Shown here one piece after another: positions 42,169 through 53,400 of a stretch of 64,000 bases of DNA. The number at the start of each line of letters is the position of its first letter. Positions within the stretch are counted from its first letter, which is position 1. The stretch comes from Squalus acanthias (lineage: Eukaryota). The stretch spans positions 59,894,001 to 59,958,000 of the forward strand of contig CM059438.1 of the NCBI GenBank assembly GCA_030390025.1, in the 5' to 3' direction. Under the pieces are notes generated by a model. The model saw only the letters and a program-made list of their open reading frames with translations, ran no database searches and was not told the origin of the DNA. The position numbers were made by a program, and so were the translations under genes.

Positions 42169-43121
42169 ATGGCAGGGCGGGTGGTGTGCCGTAACTGCAG
42201 CATGTGAGAGTTTGTGGAGACCAGCGAGATCCCGAGCAAACACATCTGCGGTAAGTGTGTACAGCTCAAGGAACTTCGGCTCAGAGTTGTTGAGCTGGAG
42301 TCTGTGGTGCAGACATTGCGGGGCATCAGGGAGGGGGAGAGTTACCTGGACAATTTGTTCCAGGAGGCAGTCACACCCCTTAGATTAAGTAGTACTTTAG
42401 AGTTAGTCAATGCTCAGGGACAGGAGAGTGTGACCGCGAGTCAGGAAGGTAAGGGGACCCAGGATGTCGTGATGGAGGAGCCTCGGCCCTTGACTTTGAC
42501 CAACAGGTGTGAGATACCTGCTACCTGTGGGGATGAGAACAAGGACTGCAGGGTGGATGAGCATACTGACCATGGCACCGTGGTGTAGGAGGCCATCCAA
42601 GTGGGGGGTGTGAAAAGGAATGTGGTAGGGGTAGGGGACAGTATAGTCAGAGGGATAGATACTGTTCTCTGCAGCCGTGACCGCGAGTTCCTAAGTTTGT
42701 CTTGCCTGCCTGGTGCCAGGATGTCTCCTCGCGGCTGGAGAAGAACTTGGAGTGGGAGGGGGAGGATCCAGTTGTTGTGGTCCATGTAGGAAGCAACGGC
42801 ATAGGTAGAACTAGGAATGAGGTTCTGCTGAGAGAGTTTGAGGATCTAGGGTCTAAATTAAAACACAGAACCTCACAGGTAATAATCTCTGGATTGTTAC
42901 CTGAGCCACACGCAAATTGGCATAGGGACAAACAGATTAGAAGGATAAATGCGTGTCTCAAAGAGTGGTGTGGAAGGCAGGGGTTTCAATTCATGGGGCA
43001 CTGGCACCAGTACCGGGGAAAGAGGGAGCTGTTCCGTGGGGACAGGCGCCACTTAAACCGGGCTGGGACCAGTGTCCTGGTGAATCGAATAACTAGGGCG
43101 GTAGACAGGGCTTTAAACTAA
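42169..43121 (+). pseudogene. CR1 ORF1 (CxxC-CxxC zinc finger, coiled coil, SGNH/GDSL-type esterase), disrupted
   Basis: ATG 42169: MAGRVVCRNCSM*EF...HICGKCVQL; VGDSIVRGID, VVHVGSNGIG, GDRRHLNRAG motifs. In-frame stops at ~42205 and ~42586, frameshift near 42720. Confidence 0.9.
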
Positions 43122-43179
43122 TGATGGGGGGTGAGAGGATTCAGGAAAGGGTAAATTCATAAGCAGTCAGGGAAATGTC

Positions 43180-46121
43180 ATGGCTGTAGAACAGAGTAGT
43201 GATCGGGGAAAAGATAAGCAGAGTGGGTCAGAAAGGGACAGAAAGATTAATAACGGTAATAGGGCATTAGTTACTAAAGTGACATCAGGGGAAAATAGAA
43301 AAAAGTTAAAGCTAAAGGTACTATATCTGAATACACGAAGCATTCGCAACAAAATAGATGAATTAATAGCGCAGTTAGAAATAAATGGGTTTGATTTAAT
43401 AGCCATTACAGAAACGTGGTTGAAGAGTGACCAAGGTTGGGAACTAAATATTCCAGGATATTTGACTTTTAGAAGAGACAGGCAGAATGGAAAAGGAGAA
43501 GGGGTAGCCCTGATAATAAAGGAGGGAATAAAGACAGTAGAGAGAAAGGATCTTGGCTTGGAAAAACAAAATGTAGAATCAGTTTGGGTGGAGCTAAGAA
43601 ACAACAAGGCACAGAAAACACTAGTGGGAGTAGTCTATAGGCCCCCTAACAGTGGTTGCACTGTCAGGCAGAGTATTCATCAGGAAATTAGAGATGCATG
43701 TAACAAGGATAATACAGTTATCATGGGGGACTTTAACTTTCATATAGACTGGGCAAACCAAATTTGCAGAAATAGTGCAGAGGAAGAGTTCATGGAATGC
43801 ATTCAAAATAGTTTTCTAGATCAGTATGTCAAGGAACCTACAAGGGAATTGGCTATTTTAGATCTAGTACTGTGCAATGAGACAGGGTTAATTGATAGCC
43901 TTATAGTAAAGGAGCCTCTGGGGAGCAGTGATCATAATATGATAGAATTTTATGTTGAGTTTGAGAGTGATTTTGTTCAGTCCGAAACTAGGGTCCTAAA
44001 GCTGAACAAAGCAAACTACGTAGGTATGAGAGGCGAGTTGGCTAAGGTAAGTTGGGAAACTAGATTAAAAGATATGACCGTAGAAAAGCAATGGCAGACA
44101 TTTAAAGAAATAATTCATAATTCGCAACGAATATACATTCCCTTAAGGAATAAAAACACCAATGGAGAAAAATGGTCCAACCGTGGCTAACAAGAGCAAT
44201 TAAAGATAGCATTAGATTAAAGGAAGAGGCTTATAATGTTGCCAAAAAGAGTAGTAAGCCTGAGGATTGGGAGGATTTTAGAATTCAGCAAAGGAGGACC
44301 AAGAAATTGATAAAGAAAGGGAAAATAGAATGAGTGTAAACTAGCGAGAGACATAAAAACAGACTGTAAAAGCTTCTATAGGTATGTAAATAGAAAAAGA
44401 TTACCGAAAGTAAACGTAGATCCCTTACAGACTAAGACAGGAGAAATTATAATGGGGAATAAGGAAATGGCGGGGAAATTAAATAAATACTTTGTGTCTG
44501 TCTTCACGGAAGAAAATGCAAAAAACCTCCCAGAAATAGTGAAGAACCAAGGGTCTAGCGAGAATGAGGAACTGAAAGAAATTAGTATTAGTAAAAAAAT
44601 AGTACTGGAGAAATTAATGGGACTGTAAGCTGATAAATCTCCTGGACCTGATGGCGTACCTCCTAGGGATTTAAGAGGTGGCTATAGAGATAGTGAATGC
44701 ATTGGTTGTCATCTTCCATAATTCCATAGATTCTAGAACGGTTCCTGCGAATTGGAAGGTAGCAAATGTAACCCCACTATTTAAGAAAGGAGGGAGAGAG
44801 AAAACGGGGAACTACAGACCAGTTAGCCTGACATCAGTAGTAGGGAAAATGCTAGAATCAACTATTGAGGACTTGGTAACAGGGCATTTAGAAAATAATA
44901 ATAGGATTGAGCAGAGTCAACACGGATTTATGAAAGGGAATTCATGTTTAACGAATCTGTTAGAGTTTTTTGAGGTTGTAACTAGCAGAATAGATAAGGG
45001 GGAACCAGTGGATGTGGTGTATTTGGATTTTCAGAAGGCATTCAATAAGGTACCACACAAGAGGTTATTAAACAAAATTAGGGCTCATGGGATTGGGGGT
45101 AATATACTAACATGGATTGAGGATTGGTTAACGGACAGAAAACAGAGAGTAGAATGAACAGGTCATTTTCGGGTTGGCAGGCTATAGCTAGTGGGGTACC
45201 GCAAGGATCAGTGCTTGGGCCACAGCTATTCACAATCGATATCAATGATTTGGATGAGGGGGCCAAATGTAATATATCTAAGTTTGCTGATGATACAAAG
45301 CTAGGTGGGAATGTCAGTTGTGAGGAGGATGCAAAGAGGCTTCAAGGGGATATAGACAGGCTAAGTGAGTGGGCAAGAACATGGCAAATGGAATATAATG
45401 TGGAGAAATGTGAAGTTATCAACTTTGGTAGGAAAAATAGAAATGCAGAGTATTTTTTAAATGGTGAGAGATTGGAAAATGTTGGTGTTCAGAGGGACCT
45501 GGGTGTCCTTGTACACGAATCACTGAAAGTTAACATACAGTACAGGTACAGTAAGCAATTAGGAAAGCAAATGGTATGTTGCCCTTTATTACAAGAGGAT
45601 TTGAGAGTAAAGACGTTTTACTGTAATTATTGCGGGCCCTGATGAGACCACACTTGGAGTATTGTGTACAGTTTTGGTCTCCTTACCTCAGGAAGGATAT
45701 ACTTGCCATAGAGGGAGTGCAACAAAGATTCACCTGACTGATTCCTGGGATGGGGGGATTGTCCTATGAGGAGAGATTGAGTAGACTAGGCCTATATTCT
45801 CTCGAGTTTAGAAGAATGAGAGGTGATCTCATTGAAACATACAAAATTCTTACAGGGCTTGACAGGGTAGATGCAGGGAGGATGTTTCCCCTGGCTGGGG
45901 AGTCTAGAATCAGGGGTCACAGTCTCAGAATAAGGGGTCGGCCATTTAGGACTGAGATGAGGAGAAATTTCTTCACTCAGAGGGTGGGGAATCTTTGGAA
46001 TTCTCTATCCCAGAGGGCTGTGGAGGCTCAGTCGTTGAGTATATTCAAGACAGAGAGCGATAGATTTTTGAATATTAAGGGAATCAAGGGATATGGGGAT
46101 AGTGCAGGAAAGTGGAGATGA
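43180..46121 (+). pseudogene. CR1 ORF2 (apurinic endonuclease + reverse transcriptase), disrupted
   Basis: YLNTRSIRNK, AITETWL, GVVYRPP, MGDFN, SSDHNMI (APE); NYRPVSLTS, YLDFQKAFNKVPH, GVPQGSVLGP, KFADDTK (RT). Split over several ORFs by stops and frameshifts. Confidence 0.95.
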
Positions 46122-46289
46122 GGTAGAAGATCAGCCATGATCTTATTGAATGGCGGAGCAGGCTCGAAGGGCCAAATGGCCGACTCCTGCTCCTAAATCT
46201 TATGTTCTTACTCCTCCCACTATGGAGTCAGTTAAAAGGAGTCACAGATTTGGATTAAAAAGACGCAGGTAATACACTGTCGCTAAGGA

Positions 46290-46658
46290 GGAGCAGGAAC
46301 TTGGCTTGTACTTCCTTGAGTATAGAAGGTTGAGGCGTGACCTGAGAAAAAGATTCAATAGAATAAAAACAGAGAAACGATTTCCTCTGGTGGAGGAATC
46401 AAGAACAAAGGTGCACAATCTTAAAATTAGAGCTAGACTATCCAGGAGTGAAAGCAGGAAACATTTTATGCACAAAAGGCTGTGGATGCTGGGACAATTG
46501 GAGCTTTCAAGACTAAGATTTACAGATTTTTCTACGGTAAGGGTATCAAGGGATATGGATCAAAGTGGGTAAATGGAGTTGAGGAACAGATCAGCCACAA
46601 GCTGATTGAACGGTGGAACAAGTTCGACAAGCTGAACGACCTACTCCTGTTCCTATGT
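46290..46658 (+). mobile_element. Old CR1 3' fragment
   Basis: LEYRRLR..., FPLVEESRTKVHNLKIR, GIKGYG; 3' CCTACTCCTGTTCCTATGT. Confidence 0.8.
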
Positions 46659-46896
46659 AAGGACCATGGCAAAAACAGTAACATCACATAGCACAAAGTA
46701 AGGAAACAAATCGCTGACACTTTATTTGATCTTTGTCCTAAAAGTTTCTAATTGTGCAAAATAAGGTAGCAGCACCACAAAGGATGCACGTGGATGGAAG
46801 TTGAGAAAATGCAGAGGAACATAGGAATTGCTAGTCGAGAAAAGACCAAGGTCCGTCTATTTCGCCTTCTACCATCCTAGTAGTCACATGGTACAA

Positions 46897-47151
46897 AAGT
46901 GAGAAGTCGCACAACACCAGGTTATAGTCCAACAGTTTTATTTGAAATCACAAGCTTTCGGAGCTGCTGCCCCTTCGTCAGGTGAAGTGAAGGAATACGA
47001 ATCGGCAAAGCATTCGTATTCCTTCACTTCACCTGACGAAGGGGCAGCAGCTCCGAAAGCTTGTGATTTCAAATAAAACTGTTGGACTATAACCTGGTGT
47101 TGTGCGACTTCTCACTTTTGGCCACCCCAGTCCAACACCGGCATCTCCGCA
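46897..47151. mobile_element. Penelope-like palindromic insertion (family B)
   Basis: ~109-bp inverted arms 46894-47002 / 47012-47120, 9-nt loop, ~30-bp tail CCACCCCAGTCCAACACCGGCATCTCCGCA, 11-bp TSD ACATGGTACAA (46886-46896, 47152-47162). Confidence 0.88.
47029..47066 (+). ncRNA. Minimal hammerhead ribozyme (mirror copy on - strand at 46948-46985)
   Basis: TCAC-CTGACGA-A-GGGGC(AGCA)GCTCC-GAAA-GC-TT-GTGA: stem I TCAC/GTGA, stem II GGGGC/GCTCC, palindromic AAGCTT. Confidence 0.8.
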
Positions 47152-47219
47152 ACATGGTACAATGATAATGGAGTTGTTAACTAATCATAGCAATCAATCT
47201 CTATCAATTAGAGAGACGA

Positions 47220-47288
47220 GAGAAACTGGGATTGTTCTCCTTAGAGCAGAGAAGGTTAAGGGGAGATTTAATAGAGGTGTTCAAAATT
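47220..47288 (+). mobile_element. Short CR1 ORF2 C-terminal fragment
   Basis: Translates KLGLFSLEQRRLRGDLIEVFKI. Confidence 0.7.
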
Positions 47289-47451
47289 CTGGTGCCTCAC
47301 CCAAGTGGTCATTACTCATGTGTGAGTTTTGGTGGTGAGTGTTGGTCGGCTGTTGTACCTTCGGCCAACACAACCAAGTCCGATCTTCTGCTTACATAAT
47401 GTCCACACAAATGCCATTTCCACCAGGGGTACCTGGATAGATGTCAGCTGT

Positions 47452-47850
47452 GGGAGCACAAAATCCAGGCTGACACTCCCAGTGCAGTGCTGAAGGAGCG
47501 CTGCGCTGTTGGAGGTGAAGTCTTTCAGATGAGACGTTAAACCGAGGCCCCACTTCTGCCCACTCAGGTGGATGTAAAAGATCCCATGGCACTGTTCGAA
47601 GAAGAGCTGGGAAGTTCTCCTCGGTGCCCTGGCCAATATTTATCCCTCAACCAACATCACTAAAACAGATTTACCGGTCATATTACTATCATATTGCTGT
47701 TTGTGGGAGCGTGCTGGGCGCAAATTGGCTGCCAGGTTTCCTACATTACAACAGTGACTACACTTCAAAATGTACTTCATTGGCTGTAAAGTGCTTTGGG
47801 CCATCTTGAGATTATGAAAGGCGCTATATAAATGCAAGTTCATTCTTTCT
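47452..47850 (+). mobile_element. DeuSINE (SacSINE1-like), 5'-truncated
   Basis: GCTGTTTGTGGGAGC...GCGCAAATTGGCTGCC...ACAACAGTGACTACACTTCAAAA central domain and L2-type tail AGGCGCTATATAAATGCAAGTT; homologous to 56915-57372. Confidence 0.8.
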
Positions 47851-48217
47851 TTTTGTGCTGATTCTAGGGCACTTCACCCAGATGGTGTGGAAGGCATCGA
47901 GAGAGATAGGCGTTGGGTATGCGACAGATGGAAAAGGCATGTTCATGGTGGTGGCAGCCTACAATCCACAGGGAAACATCACCAATCCCGGCTACTTCAA
48001 GGACAACGTGTTACCTCCCAAAAAAAAATGACCCAGGAGGAAGAGGAATGGAGTCGCTGCTGTCCTGTACACAGCACTGAATGGCACGGGAGTCATTTCA
48101 TTTGGGATTTAATTAGAACTTTAAATAAAATTTCTTTCCAGGCTTTGGGTGGATTTAACTATGATAGATTTTTAACAAGATTTCATACCCTGTGGGTACC
48201 ACAAACGAACAGGAGAT

Positions 48218-48640
48218 TGCGCATCCCCGATTTTAATCGTTCCACCATTGGCGTCCGTGCCTTTAGCTGCCTAGGCCTAAGCGCCGGAATTGCCTCCCTA
48301 AACCTCTCCACCTCTCTCTCCTCCTTTAAGACACTACTTAAAACCTACTTCTTTGACCAAGCTTTTGGTCAGCTGTCTTAATATCTCCTTATGCGGCTCA
48401 GTGTCAAATTATGTTTGATATCGGAAAGACTCAGCAGGTCAGGCAGCATCTGTGGAGAGAGAGAAACAGAGTTAACGTTTCAGGCCGATGACCTTTCGTC
48501 AGATGCTGCCTGACCTGCTGAGTGTTTCCAGCATTTTCTGGTTTTATTACAGATTTCCAGCACCCGCAGTATTTTGCTTTTGTATCTTTTATATTGCTCA
48601 TGTGAAGCGCACTGGGGTACGTAAATACAAGTTGGTGTTG
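48218..48640 (+). mobile_element. L2 LINE 3' fragment, interrupted by a Penelope-like insert
   Basis: LRIPDFNRSTIGVRAFSC...SSFKTLLKTYFFDQAF; reverse-complement homologue of 56086-56400. Confidence 0.8.
48423..48583. mobile_element. Penelope-like partial palindrome (family A) with - strand hammerhead motif
   Basis: CTCAGCAGGTCAGGCAGCATCTG / CAGATGCTGCCTGACCTGCTGAG inverted repeat; - strand CTGACGAAAGGTCATCGGCCTGAAACGTTAAC at ~48471-48502; same tail as the 41915 element. Confidence 0.75.
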
Positions 48641-49367
48641 AACTTTGTTTGGAGAAAAATGTAGCTCTGTGTGTTCCTGTAATTCTGGTCATTGTAGCTG
48701 GTACAGGACTGTGAGGGAGCCATACAGTTTACAGACCGGATATGCAGTAATCAAAGGGTTATTATGGGTCAGAATCACTTATGAAAGCAATTCTATCAGA
48801 GTAACGGGCAGAGAAATGCTTTGGACTTTTCCCGGGAATGTGTATTTCTTTATACAAGCTGGGGCTGACCGAGGGAAATCAGGCATGTTAACTTGCTTGC
48901 TGACCTCCTTCACCTCCTGCTGGTGCCTATTCTTACTCTCACTCTCCATTCCCCTCCGTGCACTGATTTTAAATATTTTCCGATCGCGGTCATGTTTTCT
49001 TTCCCCCCCCACAACGAGCAGTCAGTGAATAACACCCATTGAATGCAGAGACACACAGGCCTCCTTTGGGGCCTCAGCGATGCACCATAGCAACAGCGTT
49101 TTGAAATGAAACTGCGAGGTTTCCCAATAAGACAACCTTTTCACGACGCGAATGAAATGTTCCTCCTCGGGGTCTGGAAACAATCATCCGCTAGTGGGTC
49201 AGCGCGCAAGGCTGAGCAAGCGACGGTCTGTTCTCAGTCTGCCTGTACTCTGCCTGTCGGCTGCAGGCTGCGTTGTATCTTTGCTCTAAATGGGCACGAG
49301 TCACTCAACGCCCATTTCTGCCGGTGAAACATATCGGACGATGGAAGCTGTTTCGTCACCCCCAGGT

Positions 49368-49645
49368 ATGGGTTGCCAACTCTGGTTGGCCCTATTCCTG
49401 GAGGTCTGATCAAATGACTCTGACCTCCAACCGCCCCGTCCGGTCAAACAGCCTTTCCCCACCACCGCCCCATCTCCAATACTTTTATAACTAATAAATG
49501 AAAGTGCTGGAAGATGAAAGAGGTCACTGTTTTCTTTGATTGCCTCTATGATTTTTCTCCTGGGTATTGCTGGCTAGCAGGGTGCAGGAGATTAAGCTTT
49601 AATTCCTGGAGACTCTAAGACAGCCCTGGAGGGATCTGCAAGCCC
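49368..49645 (+). mobile_element. Non-autonomous DNA transposon (hAT-like MITE)
   Basis: Starts with GGGTTGCCAAC TIR-like end; internally homologous (TTTTCTCCTGGGT, GGAGATTAA, CTGGAGACTC) to the reverse complement of 55445-55777. Confidence 0.6.
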
Positions 49646-50464
49646 AGGTGGAACCTTCCCGGCTTCATCTTTCACCATTCCAATCCTTACCGTCAGCCTC
49701 ACCTGACCTGCCTCAGTGACACCGTGGATGTAAACCTTGACTGTGACTGATTCTGAACCAAATGTCTGATCTGCTGATTTCCACTTATGTTTGTTGGGGT
49801 CTGTTTAAACATCTGTTAAATGTAGAACTCGGAACTTTTAATTGCAAATCGGGTGAAAGGAGCCCGGGATAGACTGTGTTAATGTTCTGCTTCTTCCACA
49901 ATCCTGATGTCATGGTTATTATTATTACTGGGGATGTTCTGAAATTAAAAACTGCTAAAGATAATTTGTTGGTGTCTGCATTAACGTATTCCTCTCTGCA
50001 CTTCCAATTCTTCCCTCCTGCAGTCAGACTCCAGCTGGGAGATTTTCCGTCACACTCTGTAACCAATCTGGGCTCAGTGAATGCAGGTTGCATCACATCA
50101 CAATCCCAACACAGGAGGGCAGGCGATCACAATCTCACTGACAGTGGCAGTGTCGGCAGGGCCATCTTTCATTCTGCTTAGCCGACAACTCACTGCGGCT
50201 GATGTTAGCAGGAATATGGCTGCATTGGTATTCCTGTCTCCTAATTTAACCTCTCTCTTAATCCTCTTATTTTAACTTTGCTACAATAGCTGTCAAAGGA
50301 ATCTCATTATAAACATTTTAAGCATATTGCCAACAGTGATAGCAGGCTTTAGATCTGTCAGTGTCTTTGTACCTCTGCCAATATGTATCTCAATTTCTGT
50401 AAGTGCATATGTGTCAGTGTGTGTGCATCTCATAGTCTCTGTCTGTGTGTGTATATTCCACGCT

Positions 50465-53400
50465 CCCTGTCTGTGTGTGTGTCCCACAGTCTGTATCTGT
50501 GTGGTGTCCCACAGTCTGTGTGTGTGTATCCCACAGTCTCTCTGTCTGTGCGTGTGTATACCACAGTCTTTCTGTCTGGGAGTGTGTGTCCCACAGTCTC
50601 TCTGTGAGTGTGTGTCCCACAGTCTCTCTGTCTGTGAGTGTGTGTCCCACAGTCTGTCTGTGAGTGTGTCCCACAGTCTCTCTGTCTGTGAGTGAGTGTC
50701 CCACAGTCTGTCTGTGAGTGTGTCCCACAGTCTGTCTGTGAGTGTGTGTCCCACAGTCTCTGTCTGTGAGTGTGTGTCCCACAGTCTGTCTGTGAGTGTG
50801 TCCCACAGTCTGTCTGTAAGTGTGTGTCCCACAGTCTCTCTGTCTGTGAGTGAGTGTCCCACAGTCTCTCTGTCTGTGAGTGTGTGTCCCACAGTCTGTC
50901 TGTGAGTGACTGTTCCACAGTCTCTCTGTCTGTGAGTGTGTGTCCCACAGTCTCTCTGTCTGTGAGTGTGTGTGTCCCACAGTCTCTCTGTGTGTGAATG
51001 TGTGTCCCACAGTCTGTGAGTGTGTGTCCCACAGTCTGTCTGTGAATGTGTGTCCCACAGTCTGTCTGTGAGTGTGTGTCCCACAGTCTCTCTGTCTGAG
51101 AGTGGGTGTCCCACAGTCTCTCTGTCTGTGAGTGAGTGTCCCACAGTCTCTCTGTCTGTGAGTGTGTGTCCCACAGTCTGTCTGTGAGTGTGTGTCCCAC
51201 AGTCTCTCTGTCTGAGAGTGGGTGTCCCACAGTCTCTCTGTCTGTGAGTGAGTGTCCCACAGTCTCTCTGTCTGTGAGTGTGTGTCCCACAGTCTGTCTG
51301 TGAGTGAGTGTCCCACAGTCTGTCTGTGAGTGTGTGTCCCACAGTCTCTCTGTCTGTGAGTGAGTGTCCTTCAGTCTCTCTGTCTGTGAGTGTGTGTCCA
51401 ACAGTCTGTCTGTAAGTGTGTGTCCCACAGTCTCTGTCTGTGAGTGAGTGTCCCACAGTCTCTCTGTCTGTGAGTGTGTGTCCCACAGTCTGTCTGTGAG
51501 TGTGTCCCACAGTCTCTCTGTCTGTGAGTGAGTGTCCCACAGTCCCTCTGTCTGTGAGTGTGTGTCCCACAGTCTGTCTGTGAGTGTGTCCCACAGTCTG
51601 TCTGTAAGTGTGTGTCCCACAGTCTCTCTGTCTGTGAGTGTGTGTCCCACAGTCTGTCTGTGAGTGAGTGTCCCACAGTCTCTCTGTCTGTGAGTGTGTG
51701 TCCCACAGTCTCTCTGTCTGTGAGTGTGTGTCCCACAGTCTGTGAGTGTGTGTCCCACAGTCTGTCTGTGAATGTGTGTCCCACAGTCTGTCTGTGAGTG
51801 TGTGTCCCACAGTCTCTCTGTGAGTGTGTGTCCCACAGTCTGTCTGTGAGTGTGTGTCCCACAGTCTCTCTGTCTGAGAGTGAGTGTCCCACAGTCTGTC
51901 TGTGAGTGTGTGTCCCACAGTCTGTCTGTGAATGTGTGTCCCACAGTCTCTCTGTCTGTGAGTGTGTGTCCCACAGTCTCTCTGTGAGTGTGTGTCCCAC
52001 AGTCTGTCTGTGAGTGTGTGTCCCACAGTCTCTCTGTCTGTGAGTGTGTGTCCCACAGTCTCTCTGTGAGTGTGTGTCCCACAGTCTGTGAGTGTGTGTC
52101 CCACAGTCTGTCTGTGAGTGTGTGTCCCACAGACTCTGTCTGTGAGTGTGTGTCCCACAGTCTGTCTGTCTGTGAGTGAGTGTCCCACAGTCTGTGAATG
52201 TGTGTCCCACAGTCTGTCTGTGAGTGTGTGTCCCACAGTCTGTCTGTGAGTGTGTGTCCCACAGTCTCTGTCTGTGAGTGTGTGTCCCACAGTCTCTGTG
52301 TGTGTGTGTGTCCCACAGTCTCTCTGTCTGTGAGTGAGTGTCCCACAGTCTGTCTGTGAGTGTGTCCCACAGTCTCTCTGTCTGTGAGTGAGTGTCCCAC
52401 AGTCCCTCTGTCTGTGAGTGTGTGTCCCACAGTCTGTCTGTGAGTGTGTGTCCCACAGTCTCTCTGTCTGTGAGTGTGTGTCCCACAGTCTGTCTGTGAG
52501 TGAGTGTCCCACAGTCTCTCTGTCTGTGAGTGTGTGTCCCACAGTCTCTCTGTGTGTGAGTGTGTGTCCCACAGTCTGTCTGTGAGTGTGTGTCCCACAG
52601 TCTCTCTGTCTGTGAGTGTGTGTCCCACAGTCTGTCTGTGAGTGAGTGTCCCACAGTCCCTCTGTCTGTGAGTGTGTGTCCCACAGTCTGTCTGTGAGTG
52701 TGTGTCCCACAGTCTCTCTGTCTGTGAGTGTGTGTCCCACAGTCTGTCTGTGAGTGAGTGTCCCACAGTCTCTCTGTCTGTGAGTGTGTGTCCCACAGTC
52801 TGTCTGTGAATGTGTGTCCCACAGTCTCTCTGTGTGTGAGTGTGTGTCCCACAGTCTCTCTGTGTGTGAATGTGTGTCCCACAGTCTGTGAGTGTGTGTC
52901 CCACAGTCTGTCTGTGAATATGTGTCCCACAGTCTGTCTGTGAGTGTGTGTCCCACAGTCTGTCTGTGAGTGTGTGTCCCACAGTCTCTCTGTGTGTGAA
53001 TGTGTGTCCCACAGTCTGTCTGTGAGTGTGTGTCCCACAGTCTGTCTGTGAGTGTGTGTCCCACAGTCTGTCTGTGCGTGTGTGTCCCACAGTCTCTCTG
53101 TCTGTGAGTGTGTGTCCCACAGTCTCTCTGTCTGAGAGTGAGTGTCCCACAGTCTCTCTGTCTGTGAGTGAGTGACCCACAGTCTCTCTGTCTGTGAGTG
53201 TGTGTCCCACAGTCTGTCTGTGAGTGAGTGTCCCACAGTCTGTCTGTGAGTGTGTGTCCCACAGTCTGTCTGTGAGTGAGTGTCCCACAGTCTGTCTGTG
53301 AGTGTGTGTCCCACAGTCTCTCTGTCTGTGAGTGAGTGTCCCACAGTCTCTCTGTCTGTGAGTGTGTGTCCAACAGTCTGTCTGTAAGTGTGTGTCCCAC

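Larger units (their letters stand above)
41657..46210 (+). mobile_element. Full-length, decayed CR1-clade LINE
   Basis: 5'UTR, ORF1 (Zn finger + SGNH esterase), ORF2 (APE + RT), 3'UTR stem-loop GGAGCAGG...CCTGCTCC and TCTTATGTTCTTA tail ending at 46210. Confidence 0.95.
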
